From the NCBI GenBank assembly GCA_049366815.1, contig JBMNCO010000132.1, forward strand, positions 8,891 to 72,890: a DNA stretch of 64,000 nt, written 5' to 3'. The notes beneath the pieces are model-generated. The model saw nothing but the letters and a program-made list of their open reading frames with translations, was not told the origin of the DNA and made no database searches. Of the stretch, positions 39,684-48,631 are shown piece by piece. This DNA is from Desulfatiglandales bacterium (GTDB lineage: Bacteria > Desulfobacterota > DSM-4660 > Desulfatiglandales > HGW-15). The first letter of the stretch is position 1, and every line of letters starts with the position of its first letter. The translations under genes and the position numbers were made by a program.

Positions 39684-40760
39684 ATGCCAGAGCAATGGAT
39701 ATTCGGATTTGGGGAACTCGGTAAAGACCATAATAACATCGTGGGCAAAAAGTGCGCGAACCTCGGAGAAATGACCAAAGCCGGCTTTCACGTGCCGCCC
39801 GGCTTTGCCTTGAGTATCCTCGCATACGAACGGTTTATGAGAGAGACGGAAGCTGAAAAAAGCGTGCTGAAATACCTGGAAAATTTCCATGCGGACCCCG
39901 AGTCCGTGGAGGAAACGCCGAAATTTGACGCCGCCTCCAAGGAGATAAGAGGCATTGTCGAATCCATCAGGATGCCGGCCGATATGGAAGAAACCATTAA
40001 GGATTACTACGCTCAATTGTGCAAAGAAACAGGTATCGAAAACACATTCGTAGCCACTAGGTCGGCAGGGGCCTCGAGCCATCCCGGTCAATATGAGACC
40101 TATCTCAATGTGAGCGGGCCTGACGAAGTGGTCAGGAATGTGATACGTGTGTGGTCAAGCACATTCAATACCCGTTCGATGATTTCGAGGGCAAGGCTTG
40201 GGCTGCCGCTTCATTTTGATCCCATCGGGGTGGCCGTTCTCACCATGGTGGACGCAAAGGCCGCCGGCGTGATGCTCACCGTCAACCCGGTGAACGGTGA
40301 CGAATCGAAAGTCGCCCTTGAGGCCGGTTTCGGTGTCGGTGAAGCGGTCGTCTCGGGGAACGTGACCCCTGATCGGTATCTGGTCGACAAGATCACGTTG
40401 GAAATAGACGAAAAGTTCATCTCTGAGAAGGGCGCAGAGTACGCCTACAACCCTGAAACCAGGAAAATGGAATGGAAAGAACTCCCGCCCGAAAAAAGAA
40501 AGCTGCCTTCTCTTGACGACATAGAGATCATCGAGCTGACAAAGATCGCCAAGAAGGTGGAGGCCCATTTCGGCTGCCTGCAGGACATCGAGTTCTCCGT
40601 CTCGAGGACCTTGCCCTTTCCAGAAAACATCTTTCTCGTACAGGCCCGCCCCGAGAGCGTCTGGGCAAAGAAAGAAAAAAAATCGGTTTTGGGCAAAAAG
40701 AGTGGTTTTGAATTATTATTCGAAAAGGCGACAACGCCTATCAAGCTGAAGACAGATTAA
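39684..40760 (+). CDS. Phenylphosphate-synthase beta-like subunit (PPDK/PEP-synthase N-terminal ATP-grasp domain), paralog 1
   Basis: 358 aa (~40 kDa). VGKKCANLGEMTKAGFHVPPGFAL, TRSAGASSHPGQYETYLNV and LQDIEFSV are typical of the nucleotide-binding domain of PEP synthase-like enzymes. Confidence 0.8.
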   Translation: MPEQWIFGFGELGKDHNNIVGKKCANLGEMTKAGFHVPPGFALSILAYERFMRETEAEKSVLKYLENFHADPESVEETPKFDAASKEIRGIVESIRMPADMEETIKDYYAQLCKETGIENTFVATRSAGASSHPGQYETYLNVSGPDEVVRNVIRVWSSTFNTRSMISRARLGLPLHFDPIGVAVLTMVDAKAAGVMLTVNPVNGDESKVALEAGFGVGEAVVSGNVTPDRYLVDKITLEIDEKFISEKGAEYAYNPETRKMEWKELPPEKRKLPSLDDIEIIELTKIAKKVEAHFGCLQDIEFSVSRTLPFPENIFLVQARPESVWAKKEKKSVLGKKSGFELLFEKATTPIKLKTD

Positions 40761-40772
40761 GGAGGCTGGACA

Positions 40773-41285
40773 ATGGAGGAACGCAGTTTACTGAATGGCA
40801 AAAAGATCCTAGCTGTGGACGATGAGCCGGATATTCTTGAATTCCTTGAAGAACACTTGAACATGTGTCAGATCGTGAAGGCTGCCAGCTTCACGGATGC
40901 AAAGAATTTACTGGAATCTCAGGATTTCGATGCGGCCATTCTGGATATCATGGGCGTTAACGGCTACGAACTTCTCGAAATTGCGAACAGGAGGAAGATT
41001 CCCTGCCTCATGTTGACGGCCCATGCCTTCAGTCCGGACAACATCGTGCGATCCATCAAGGAGGGCGCAGCGTCTTACGTGCCCAAGGAGGAGATAGCGA
41101 AGGTCGAAGCTTTTCTGAATGACATATTTCTCGCACAGGAAAAGGGCGAAAATCCCTGGGTGTCATGGCAGGAACGACTCCCCGGTTCTTATTTCAGAAT
41201 GAGGTTTGGTGCGGCCTGGGATGCAGCGGACGATCAATTCCGGAATGCCCTTAAGGATGTCCTTCGATCCAGATCGAAGACCTAG
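40773..41285 (+). CDS. Stand-alone response-regulator receiver domain protein with ~50-aa C-terminal extension
   Basis: All receiver catalytic positions are present: acidic pair VDDEPD, phospho-acceptor AAILDIMG, LMLTAH (Thr) and SYVPKE (Lys). There is no output domain. RBS AAGGAGG. Starts 12 nt after the beta-like gene stop. Confidence 0.85.
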   Translation: MEERSLLNGKKILAVDDEPDILEFLEEHLNMCQIVKAASFTDAKNLLESQDFDAAILDIMGVNGYELLEIANRRKIPCLMLTAHAFSPDNIVRSIKEGAASYVPKEEIAKVEAFLNDIFLAQEKGENPWVSWQERLPGSYFRMRFGAAWDAADDQFRNALKDVLRSRSKT

Positions 41286-41996
41286 ATGAAACTGGGGGGA
41301 GTGACCGTTGACCGGCCGCCCCCTCCCCTTTCAATTCTATGAGACCATCCCGGTGCCCTCACGTTGCAGGCCCTTGCTTTCCTTTTACAACGCACTGCCC
41401 GATTAGATCCAAGAAGACAGAATAACTCCCCCGGAATCATTGCTGATCTCGGGAACTGAATCGTGCCAATCCTTAGCGCTGGCTGCCTTCAAGGCGCAGG
41501 TCCATCGCGCCATAATTACATAAATTAATTTTATGTATTTCATATATTTAATTTATTTGACTCGGATAAGTTAAAGTTTTATTAGGACCCAAAACACAGG
41601 ATCAATTTTCCTGACTATTTCGTGGACCATTAATAGAGAATCATTGTGCAACGATCCAAAGCAATAACTGAGGGAATGACCTTTTCTCCCGACACAGCGG
41701 TCTGCACTTTGAGAAAGCCTTAAACCTGTCAAACCCAGAGCTTGTTGAGGATAACATCACTGAGCGATATGCGGCGTACTGAGCACTAAAGATTCAATCA
41801 GCAGTGAAATATGACCCGATAGTCCTACATCTCAAAAATCACAGAGGAAGGGGCTGTAGCGCACCCCGATAAACGTGCTTTGATTCAAAAAGATAGGTCT
41901 TTTTGTGTGATCCGGATAATGGTTAAAGGTTAAGCCCCAGGCGCTGGGCCCGGGAAACAGACCAATTTATTAATCCATGAAATAGGAGGAACCATT

Positions 41997-43097
41997 ATGG
42001 CAAACGGAAAGATTGGAATCGGACCGGAAGGCTCTTTAGGAGGCTTCATTCAACTCATCATTTTATCATTCCTTGGCATTGTCCTCTGCGTCTACGCTCT
42101 CCCACTGGACCTCATCATCCTAAAAATCATGCCGGCCACACTCATCATGCTCGTCGCCCTGGGGCACCTTTCCCTGCTGGGAGACAGCTTCCCCTACGCC
42201 CCCCCCGGGGGAGACTGGACCCCTGAGAAATCCCGTTTCTCCGCAGGGCTCAGAATGACCTGCATCTGGGTCGTTTTCACTTTTGCTGTCTTGCTCTTTA
42301 TGCGGTTTGTCTATCCAGGATGGCCCATCGGTCCCCTCTATATCTGGTTCGGCGCGATCGCATTCGGGCTCACCCTGCTCTATGGTATCAACTGGAACGG
42401 CTGGCCCTTTAAGGGGCACATGCACCCCTGGGCCATGATGGCCGTGGGTTTTGTCGTCATCATGGGTCTCTCCATCCTGATCTGGACCACCCTGACAAAC
42501 CTGGATGGAACCCCCCTCGCGGACACACCGATGAATCATCACGGGCCTCTCCAGGCTGAGTGGTTCACCGGATACATCGTCTGGGTCATAGCCTGGTTTT
42601 TCGTCTTCAACCCCGTTTTCACCACCCAGGGCTGGCCTTTCGGCAAATTGGGCCACCCGGGCGCAGCCGTTGCACAAACCATTATTGCCCTCATCCTGGG
42701 CTACATCTTCTGGAACGGCAGCCTGTCCATGGGAATAAGTCCGAGCCTTTCCTTCGGCGCGATCGCTTCTTCCATCATCCTTTGGGGCCTGATCTACGGC
42801 TGGCATCTCCAGTTCTGGGGCATCACCAAACAGACCTTCGGCACAAGGGCGGTCCTCGCGTTTATCATTCAGTGTATCATCGTCGTTGTCTGGATATTCA
42901 TTTTGAGGCTGATCCTGGCTCCGGCCGCAGCAGCCTTAGCAGCGGCGCAACTCCCGGCCGACATCAATATCCTGATCCTTTACTTTAATCTCTGCATCCT
43001 GGGTCCGGCCCTGATCGGCCACAATGCCTTCTGGCTCAGATGGCCCTTGACCATGCCGGCCCCTCCGGGAACCCCGCCGCCGGATCAGTCGGTCTAA
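41997..43097 (+). CDS. Polytopic Trp/Gly-rich integral membrane protein, family unassigned
   Basis: 366 aa with about 9-10 hydrophobic segments and many W/G/P residues at segment ends. The C-terminus is Pro-rich. RBS AGGAGGAA precedes the ATG. I recognise no motif. Confidence 0.7.
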   Translation: MANGKIGIGPEGSLGGFIQLIILSFLGIVLCVYALPLDLIILKIMPATLIMLVALGHLSLLGDSFPYAPPGGDWTPEKSRFSAGLRMTCIWVVFTFAVLLFMRFVYPGWPIGPLYIWFGAIAFGLTLLYGINWNGWPFKGHMHPWAMMAVGFVVIMGLSILIWTTLTNLDGTPLADTPMNHHGPLQAEWFTGYIVWVIAWFFVFNPVFTTQGWPFGKLGHPGAAVAQTIIALILGYIFWNGSLSMGISPSLSFGAIASSIILWGLIYGWHLQFWGITKQTFGTRAVLAFIIQCIIVVVWIFILRLILAPAAAALAAAQLPADINILILYFNLCILGPALIGHNAFWLRWPLTMPAPPGTPPPDQSV

Positions 43098-43241
43098 CGG
43101 CCTGTGGTGGTCCCATGCGCTTCATAAAACGAGAGGCACTGGAATATTTAATCAACACGAGTGTTACAAAGGCGTCACACGGCAGTCTTTTCAGTCTCAC
43201 GGTCATTACTAACCCAACACCTTAGAGGAGGAAGAAAAGAA

Positions 43242-45092
43242 ATGGCGAAAAAATTTACAGACCCCCACGATATCCCAACCATCCCCGGCACCGAAGGATG
43301 GGAAAGGATGTACCCCTACCAGTATATCTTCTCCACGGACGATCCCGACAGGGCGAAACACGAAAGTGCCCAGTTGTGGTACAACGACGGGCTCCACTAC
43401 CCGGACCCCCACTGTCCCTTTGATCTCCTTTGGGATGAATTCTGGTTCATGGGCCTGTCCCAGAACAACACCCGGGTCTTCTGTCTGCCCCCGGCCAAGG
43501 GCATCGAACACAGGATCGTCAACGGGTACGTCTATATCGCGCCCATCGGCGTCGAAGACCCCAAGGAGATCGAGGCCCGTGTTCCCCTTTTTATGAAAAG
43601 GGCCGGATACTACTATGACAACTGGGAAACCCTCTGGGACGAGTGGGAGGCGAAGTTCAACGTCCTCCTGAGGCAGCTCGAGGCCGTCTCATTCCAGGCC
43701 CTTCCGGAAGTGGAGGATGAATCGCGTGTTTTCGATGCAGACAAAAGGGGGCTCTCAAGCGGCTATGTGCTCCTGACCAAATACGACGAGCTCATCAACA
43801 TGGGCTTCAAGTGCTGGCAATATCACTTTGATATGCTGAACCTCTGCTACGCGGGTTTTCTCACCTACAAGAATACCTTTGACCAGATCTTCCCGAACAC
43901 CCCGATCGGCACCATCACAAAGCTTGTCTCGGGTATGGATGCCATGGTCATGAGACCGGACGCGGAACTCATCAAGCTGGCAAAAATGGCCATAGATAAA
44001 GGTGTTGACGGCATACTCCTCAAGGACCAGGATGCAGCCGCCTGCATGAAGGAAATGGAGGGTTCGGCCGCGGGTAAGGAATGGTTGGCCCAGCTGGAAG
44101 AATCCCGGTATCCCTGGTTCTATATCTCAAGCGGTACAGGCTGGTACCATTATGACGCCTCATGGAACGACAACCTGAACATCCCCTTTGCTTCCCTAAA
44201 GAAGCATATCGAGTCCCTGAAGGCGGGCAAGGACCCCTCACGGCCCATGGAAAAACTGGTCGCGGAAAAGGACAGGGTCACCGAGGAATACCGTTCCCTG
44301 ATCCAGACCGACGAGGACCGGGTTGCCTTTGATCAGACCCTTTCGATTGCCCGCCGCATCTTCCCCTATGCCGAGAACCACATGTTCTATGTCGAACAGT
44401 GGTTCCACAGTGTCTTCTGGAACAAGATGCGCCAGGTCGCGGACATCCTCAAGGATGCCAATTTTATTGAAGACCGGGAAGATATATGGTATTTGAAGAG
44501 GGGAGAGATCCGAGACGCCCTGCAGGATTACGGCACGGCCTGGGCCACCGGTGTGAAACCGAGGGGACCTGCTTACTGGCCGAAGGAGATCGAATGGCGC
44601 AAAGGGGTCATGCAGAAATTCAAGGAATGGACCCCGCCTCCGGCCCTGGGGACACCTCCTGAGGTCATGACCGAACCCTTCTCGATCATGAGCTGGGGCA
44701 TTACGGACGAAGTCCTCCAAAACTGGCTCGCAGCCGGCGATGTTTCAGGAGAGGAAGGACCTTCCGATGAATTGAAGGGCTCTCCCGGCGCCCCGGGTGT
44801 TGCAGAAGGCAAGGCCAGGATTATTAAGTCGGTTGATGAGCTGGCCCTGTTGCAGCAGGGAGAGATCCTTGTCGCCAGGATCACGGCCCCAAGCTGGGCA
44901 CCGGCCTTCGCTCAGCTCAAGGGAGCCGTTACGGACGTGGGTGGCTCCATGTGTCACGCGGCCATCATCTGTCGCGAATACGCCCTGCCCACGGTCGTGG
45001 GAACAGGGACTGCCACTTCCGCTATTAAGACGGGGGATCTGATCCGCATAGACGGTGATACCGGTACGGTAAAGATTCTTCAAAGGGCCTAA
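43242..45092 (+). CDS. Phenylphosphate-synthase alpha-like subunit, paralog 2 (diverged)
   Basis: Collinear with 37742..39598 (EGWE.MYP, TRVFC.PPA.G..HR, KCWQYHF, WF(Y/F)(I/V)S.G.GWYH, SWAPAF..LKGAVTD.GG). The phosphohistidine loop reads GGSMCHAAIICREYALP instead of GGLTSHAAIVSREYGLP. RBS GAGGAGGA. Confidence 0.8.
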   Translation: MAKKFTDPHDIPTIPGTEGWERMYPYQYIFSTDDPDRAKHESAQLWYNDGLHYPDPHCPFDLLWDEFWFMGLSQNNTRVFCLPPAKGIEHRIVNGYVYIAPIGVEDPKEIEARVPLFMKRAGYYYDNWETLWDEWEAKFNVLLRQLEAVSFQALPEVEDESRVFDADKRGLSSGYVLLTKYDELINMGFKCWQYHFDMLNLCYAGFLTYKNTFDQIFPNTPIGTITKLVSGMDAMVMRPDAELIKLAKMAIDKGVDGILLKDQDAAACMKEMEGSAAGKEWLAQLEESRYPWFYISSGTGWYHYDASWNDNLNIPFASLKKHIESLKAGKDPSRPMEKLVAEKDRVTEEYRSLIQTDEDRVAFDQTLSIARRIFPYAENHMFYVEQWFHSVFWNKMRQVADILKDANFIEDREDIWYLKRGEIRDALQDYGTAWATGVKPRGPAYWPKEIEWRKGVMQKFKEWTPPPALGTPPEVMTEPFSIMSWGITDEVLQNWLAAGDVSGEEGPSDELKGSPGAPGVAEGKARIIKSVDELALLQQGEILVARITAPSWAPAFAQLKGAVTDVGGSMCHAAIICREYALPTVVGTGTATSAIKTGDLIRIDGDTGTVKILQRA

Positions 45093-45293
45093 ACGCATAG
45101 GCACGATAGACTTAGGGTAAATCGTGTGGTTCCAGCCGGAAATGGACCCGGCATCCGCCTCAAACTTGGCAACTCGCGGCGGGAGGGTCCATCTCCGGCA
45201 TATTACATAACAGGGCTGGATCAAAAAAAGACAGTCCGCTTCAACGTGTGCACACTGTGTGCACCGTATATTTTGTTCTATTTGGGGGTAGAC

Positions 45294-46364
45294 ATGGTTG
45301 AAAAAGAAAAACGCATAACCATTTGGTATGATGAATTGTCGGGGGACGAATTCAATCTGGTCGGGAAAAAAAACGCGAATTTGGGCGAGATGACCAAGGC
45401 CAAGATTCCGGTAAGTCCAGGGTTCGCCCTCACGATTTACGCAAATGATCTTTTTGTGACGGAAACGGGCATCAAGGACAAACTGAGAGAGTGCGTCAAA
45501 GGCATCGAGAAATTCGACTACGAAAACAGCCGCAGGGCAAGTGAATTTGCCGTTGACCTCATCGAAAACACGCCCATTCCCGCCAGCATCACCGATCAAA
45601 TCTTTCAGGACTACAAGAGGCTCTGCGGCATGTCCGGTTGCGAGAATGTGCCGGTTGCCACGCGTTCAAGCGGCGCGGTATCCATGCCGGGACAGATGGA
45701 GACCTACCTGAATGTACGGGGGGAAGAGGACCTTCTCAAATACATCAAGAAGACCTGGGCCAGCGCCTACTTTGTAGAGGCCATCACCTACCGCATGGAA
45801 AAAGGCATGCACTTCATCCTCAATATCGGGGTGGGCGTTCCCAAAATGGTCAATTCCAGGGTATCGGGCATCATTTTTACGATGAACCCGCTGAACGGCG
45901 ACCGCTCCAAGATCTCGGTGGATGTCAGTTACGGGCTCGGTGAGGCCGTTGTGAGCGGCCTGGTCACTCCGGACAACTACCTGGTGGACAAGGTTACTCT
46001 TGAGACCATCACCGCCACCAAGGGTGAAAAGAAGATCAAGATGGTCTACAGAGAAGACGGCAGCACGATCAAAGAGGTCGAAGTTTCCGAGGAAGAGCGG
46101 AACAAGTTCAGCATCACCCAAGAAGAACTCAGTGAGATCTGCAGGATCGCCAAGTCCATTGACAAATACTACGGCAAACCCTATGACATCGAATTTGCTA
46201 TTGATGGAGACCTGCCTTTCCCGCAAAACGTCATCGTTCTTCAGGTAAGGCCCGAATCCGTATGGTCCAAAAAGCAGGCTGAAGCAAAGACCGAACCAAA
46301 GAGGGACGTGATGGACAGGATCCTCGGCACCATGGTGGCCGGCGTCAAGTTGAAGAAGTCGTAA
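45294..46364 (+). CDS. Phenylphosphate-synthase beta-like ATP-grasp subunit, paralog 2
   Basis: VGKKNANLGEMTKAKIPVSPGFAL, TRSSGAVSMPGQMETYLNV and YDIEFAI are collinear with 39684..40760. ATG 45294 follows GGGGG; the track start at 45126 is rejected. Confidence 0.8.
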   Translation: MVEKEKRITIWYDELSGDEFNLVGKKNANLGEMTKAKIPVSPGFALTIYANDLFVTETGIKDKLRECVKGIEKFDYENSRRASEFAVDLIENTPIPASITDQIFQDYKRLCGMSGCENVPVATRSSGAVSMPGQMETYLNVRGEEDLLKYIKKTWASAYFVEAITYRMEKGMHFILNIGVGVPKMVNSRVSGIIFTMNPLNGDRSKISVDVSYGLGEAVVSGLVTPDNYLVDKVTLETITATKGEKKIKMVYREDGSTIKEVEVSEEERNKFSITQEELSEICRIAKSIDKYYGKPYDIEFAIDGDLPFPQNVIVLQVRPESVWSKKQAEAKTEPKRDVMDRILGTMVAGVKLKKS

Positions 46365-46451
46365 TGTCTCGTATCAAACCAAGGTGAAAAATAACCCGTC
46401 CAAGAAGACTTCAGGACGGCACACATTCTGTCCTCATCTGAAGGAGGAGGC

Positions 46452-47663
46452 ATGGGAACTCAGGGAATTATCGCAATTCTTGGGACGTTTGACTCCAAAC
46501 CGGAGGAACATCTTTTTCTTAAAAGAAACATCGAGGACAGGGGACTCAAGACACTGACAATAAACGTGGGGACTCGATGTCCAGCGGCCTTTGCGCCGGA
46601 CATCGACCTCCACGAAAAGCTCACGGAGGAAGACCGAAGGAGCCGAGACGCCGCTATTCAGGCCACCGTTGACAGGGGTCGGAAGCTGGTCAGGGATTTG
46701 TACGACCGGGGTGAAATCTCGGGCATCATTTCGGCCGGGGGCGGGACAGGGACACATCTCGGTACGAGCATCATGCACGTCCTCCCGCTCGGCGTGCCGA
46801 AGGTCATGGTCTCCACTGTGGCCTCCAGAAACATGGCCAAGGTGGTGGGGACCAAAGACATCACCATGATGCACAGCGTGGTCGATCTCCTTGGCATCAA
46901 CAGCATTTCCGGAGGCGTGCTCGAAAGGGCCGCGGGGGCTGTCTGCGGCATGGCGCAGAACAGGTGGAGGCCCGATACCACCAGAAGGCGTGTTGCACTC
47001 ACCTTTTTCGGTTTCATCACAGCGGCCGCCGAGGCCGTGAAGGAATGCCTGGAAGGCATGGACTACGAGGTCATCCCGTTTCACGCAAATGGGACGGGCG
47101 GTATGGCTATGGAGGAATTGGCGGCCGAGGGTTATTTTCACGCCATCCTGGACCTCGCCACCCATGAACTCGCCGACGAGATGATGGGCGGTTACTGCCG
47201 CGGTATCGGTCCCGAGAGGCTGAGACCGCTGACGAACGGCCACATCCCCCGCCTCGTCGTCCCGGGAGGGCTCGATTGCGCGGTCCTCGAATTTACCCGT
47301 CAAAACATTCCCGAGGAATTCAGGGACAGAAAGCTTTTCTTTTACGATTTCAGATCGGCCATCCGTCTCACACTTGAAGAAACCCTCACCCTTGCGGAAC
47401 AACTTGTTGAGAAGCTGAAAATTCACCCAACCCACACCAAGGTCCTTGTCCCTGTTCAGGGCTGGTCTGAAGCCGATCGGAAGGGCGGTCCTCTCTATGA
47501 TCCCCCAATCAGTGAGGCCCTCGTCAAGGTACTCAGGACTGCATTGCACCCGAGAATCGAGGTACGGGAGGCGGACCTCCATATCAATGACCCGGCCTTT
47601 GCCCGTGCGGCCGGCATGTTAATGGACGAGATGGTCAAAGAAGCGATGGGCAGCTCCCAATAA
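46452..47663 (+). CDS. UPF0261 family protein (Tm-1-like ATP-binding domain)
   Basis: IAILGTFDSKPEEHLFLK, ISAGGGTGTHLGT, LGVPKVMVSTVAS and IPFHANGTGGMAMEEL are, as I recall, characteristic of the UPF0261/Tm-1 N-terminal family. The usual TIM-barrel PEP-hydrolase-like partner gene is not adjacent. Confidence 0.7.
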   Translation: MGTQGIIAILGTFDSKPEEHLFLKRNIEDRGLKTLTINVGTRCPAAFAPDIDLHEKLTEEDRRSRDAAIQATVDRGRKLVRDLYDRGEISGIISAGGGTGTHLGTSIMHVLPLGVPKVMVSTVASRNMAKVVGTKDITMMHSVVDLLGINSISGGVLERAAGAVCGMAQNRWRPDTTRRRVALTFFGFITAAAEAVKECLEGMDYEVIPFHANGTGGMAMEELAAEGYFHAILDLATHELADEMMGGYCRGIGPERLRPLTNGHIPRLVVPGGLDCAVLEFTRQNIPEEFRDRKLFFYDFRSAIRLTLEETLTLAEQLVEKLKIHPTHTKVLVPVQGWSEADRKGGPLYDPPISEALVKVLRTALHPRIEVREADLHINDPAFARAAGMLMDEMVKEAMGSSQ

Positions 47664-47698
47664 AGACACAACCGTCCGGGACCCCAATTCGTCAAAAA

Positions 47699-48631
47699 TC
47701 ACCTCACACGCCCTCGATACCCCATCCCCTCAAAGGGGATACTCTCTCCAGCCAATTTCTGCAGAATACGCAAAAAGGCCTGAGCCGCGGGTGAAAGGGG
47801 CACCTCCCGGTGATAGGAGATGCTGACCTCCAACCCTACCTCTTCCCCTTTCAGGGACAAGGCGATTATTTTCCCCTCCTGCACCTCTTTTCGCACCGCC
47901 TCCTTGACCAGAAAGGCGACCCCGCCCCCACTCCCCACGATCTGCTTGATGAAACCCGCGTTGCTGGTCTCCATCAGTATTCTGGGCGTGATATTGTTGC
48001 GTGCGAACAGTTCGTCCACCACACCCCGTGTTGATGATCCGACTTCCCGCATAATGAGCGGCTCATCCATCAGATCTTCAAGGGTAACGATCTTATTTTC
48101 TGCAAGCCGGTGATTTTTCGGAACAATAACCAACAATGGCTCTTTGCGGAATGGGATGGAAATGATCTTGGGATCCTTCACGTTATGGGCCACGATTGCC
48201 AGATCAATATCAAGATTGAACAGGCTTCGCATCACTTCCGCTGAACTCCCCTGATACAGACACACCTTGATCTTGGGATAGGCGTAATGAAACGTGCTGA
48301 TCAGAAAGGACATACGGTATCGCGCATACATGGTACTCGTTCCAATACGGAGGGTGCCGCATTTCAAGCCCTTCATATCCTCGATCACCCCTTCGATCTC
48401 CTTTTCGAGGTCGAACAGCTTTTTCACATGGAGGTATAAGGACTTGCCTTCTTCGGTGAGTTCTATATGCCTTCCCTTTTTTTTGAACAGTTTCAGATCG
48501 CATGCATCTTCAAGAAACTTTATCTGGGCGGTCACGGCCGGCTGGGTAACCATGAGTTCCTGAGCAGCCACGGTAATACTCTTATTTCTGCCAACATGAT
48601 AGAATACCCTGAGTTGGTTGAGGTTCAACAT
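47699..48631 (-). CDS. LysR-family transcriptional regulator (paralog 1)
   Basis: N-terminal wHTH MLNLNQLRVFYHVGRNKSITVAAQELMVTQPAVTAQIKFLE plus a LysR substrate-binding domain. Divergent from the UbiD cluster. Confidence 0.9.
   Translation of the reverse strand: MLNLNQLRVFYHVGRNKSITVAAQELMVTQPAVTAQIKFLEDACDLKLFKKKGRHIELTEEGKSLYLHVKKLFDLEKEIEGVIEDMKGLKCGTLRIGTSTMYARYRMSFLISTFHYAYPKIKVCLYQGSSAEVMRSLFNLDIDLAIVAHNVKDPKIISIPFRKEPLLVIVPKNHRLAENKIVTLEDLMDEPLIMREVGSSTRGVVDELFARNNITPRILMETSNAGFIKQIVGSGGGVAFLVKEAVRKEVQEGKIIALSLKGEEVGLEVSISYHREVPLSPAAQAFLRILQKLAGESIPFEGMGYRGRVR

Noticed and set aside
41296-41340. Possible rho-independent terminator after the receiver gene (GGGGGGAG...CCCCCTCCCCTTT)
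   Set aside because: The stem is only about 6 bp including a G-U pair, with a long irregular loop. That is too weak to call.
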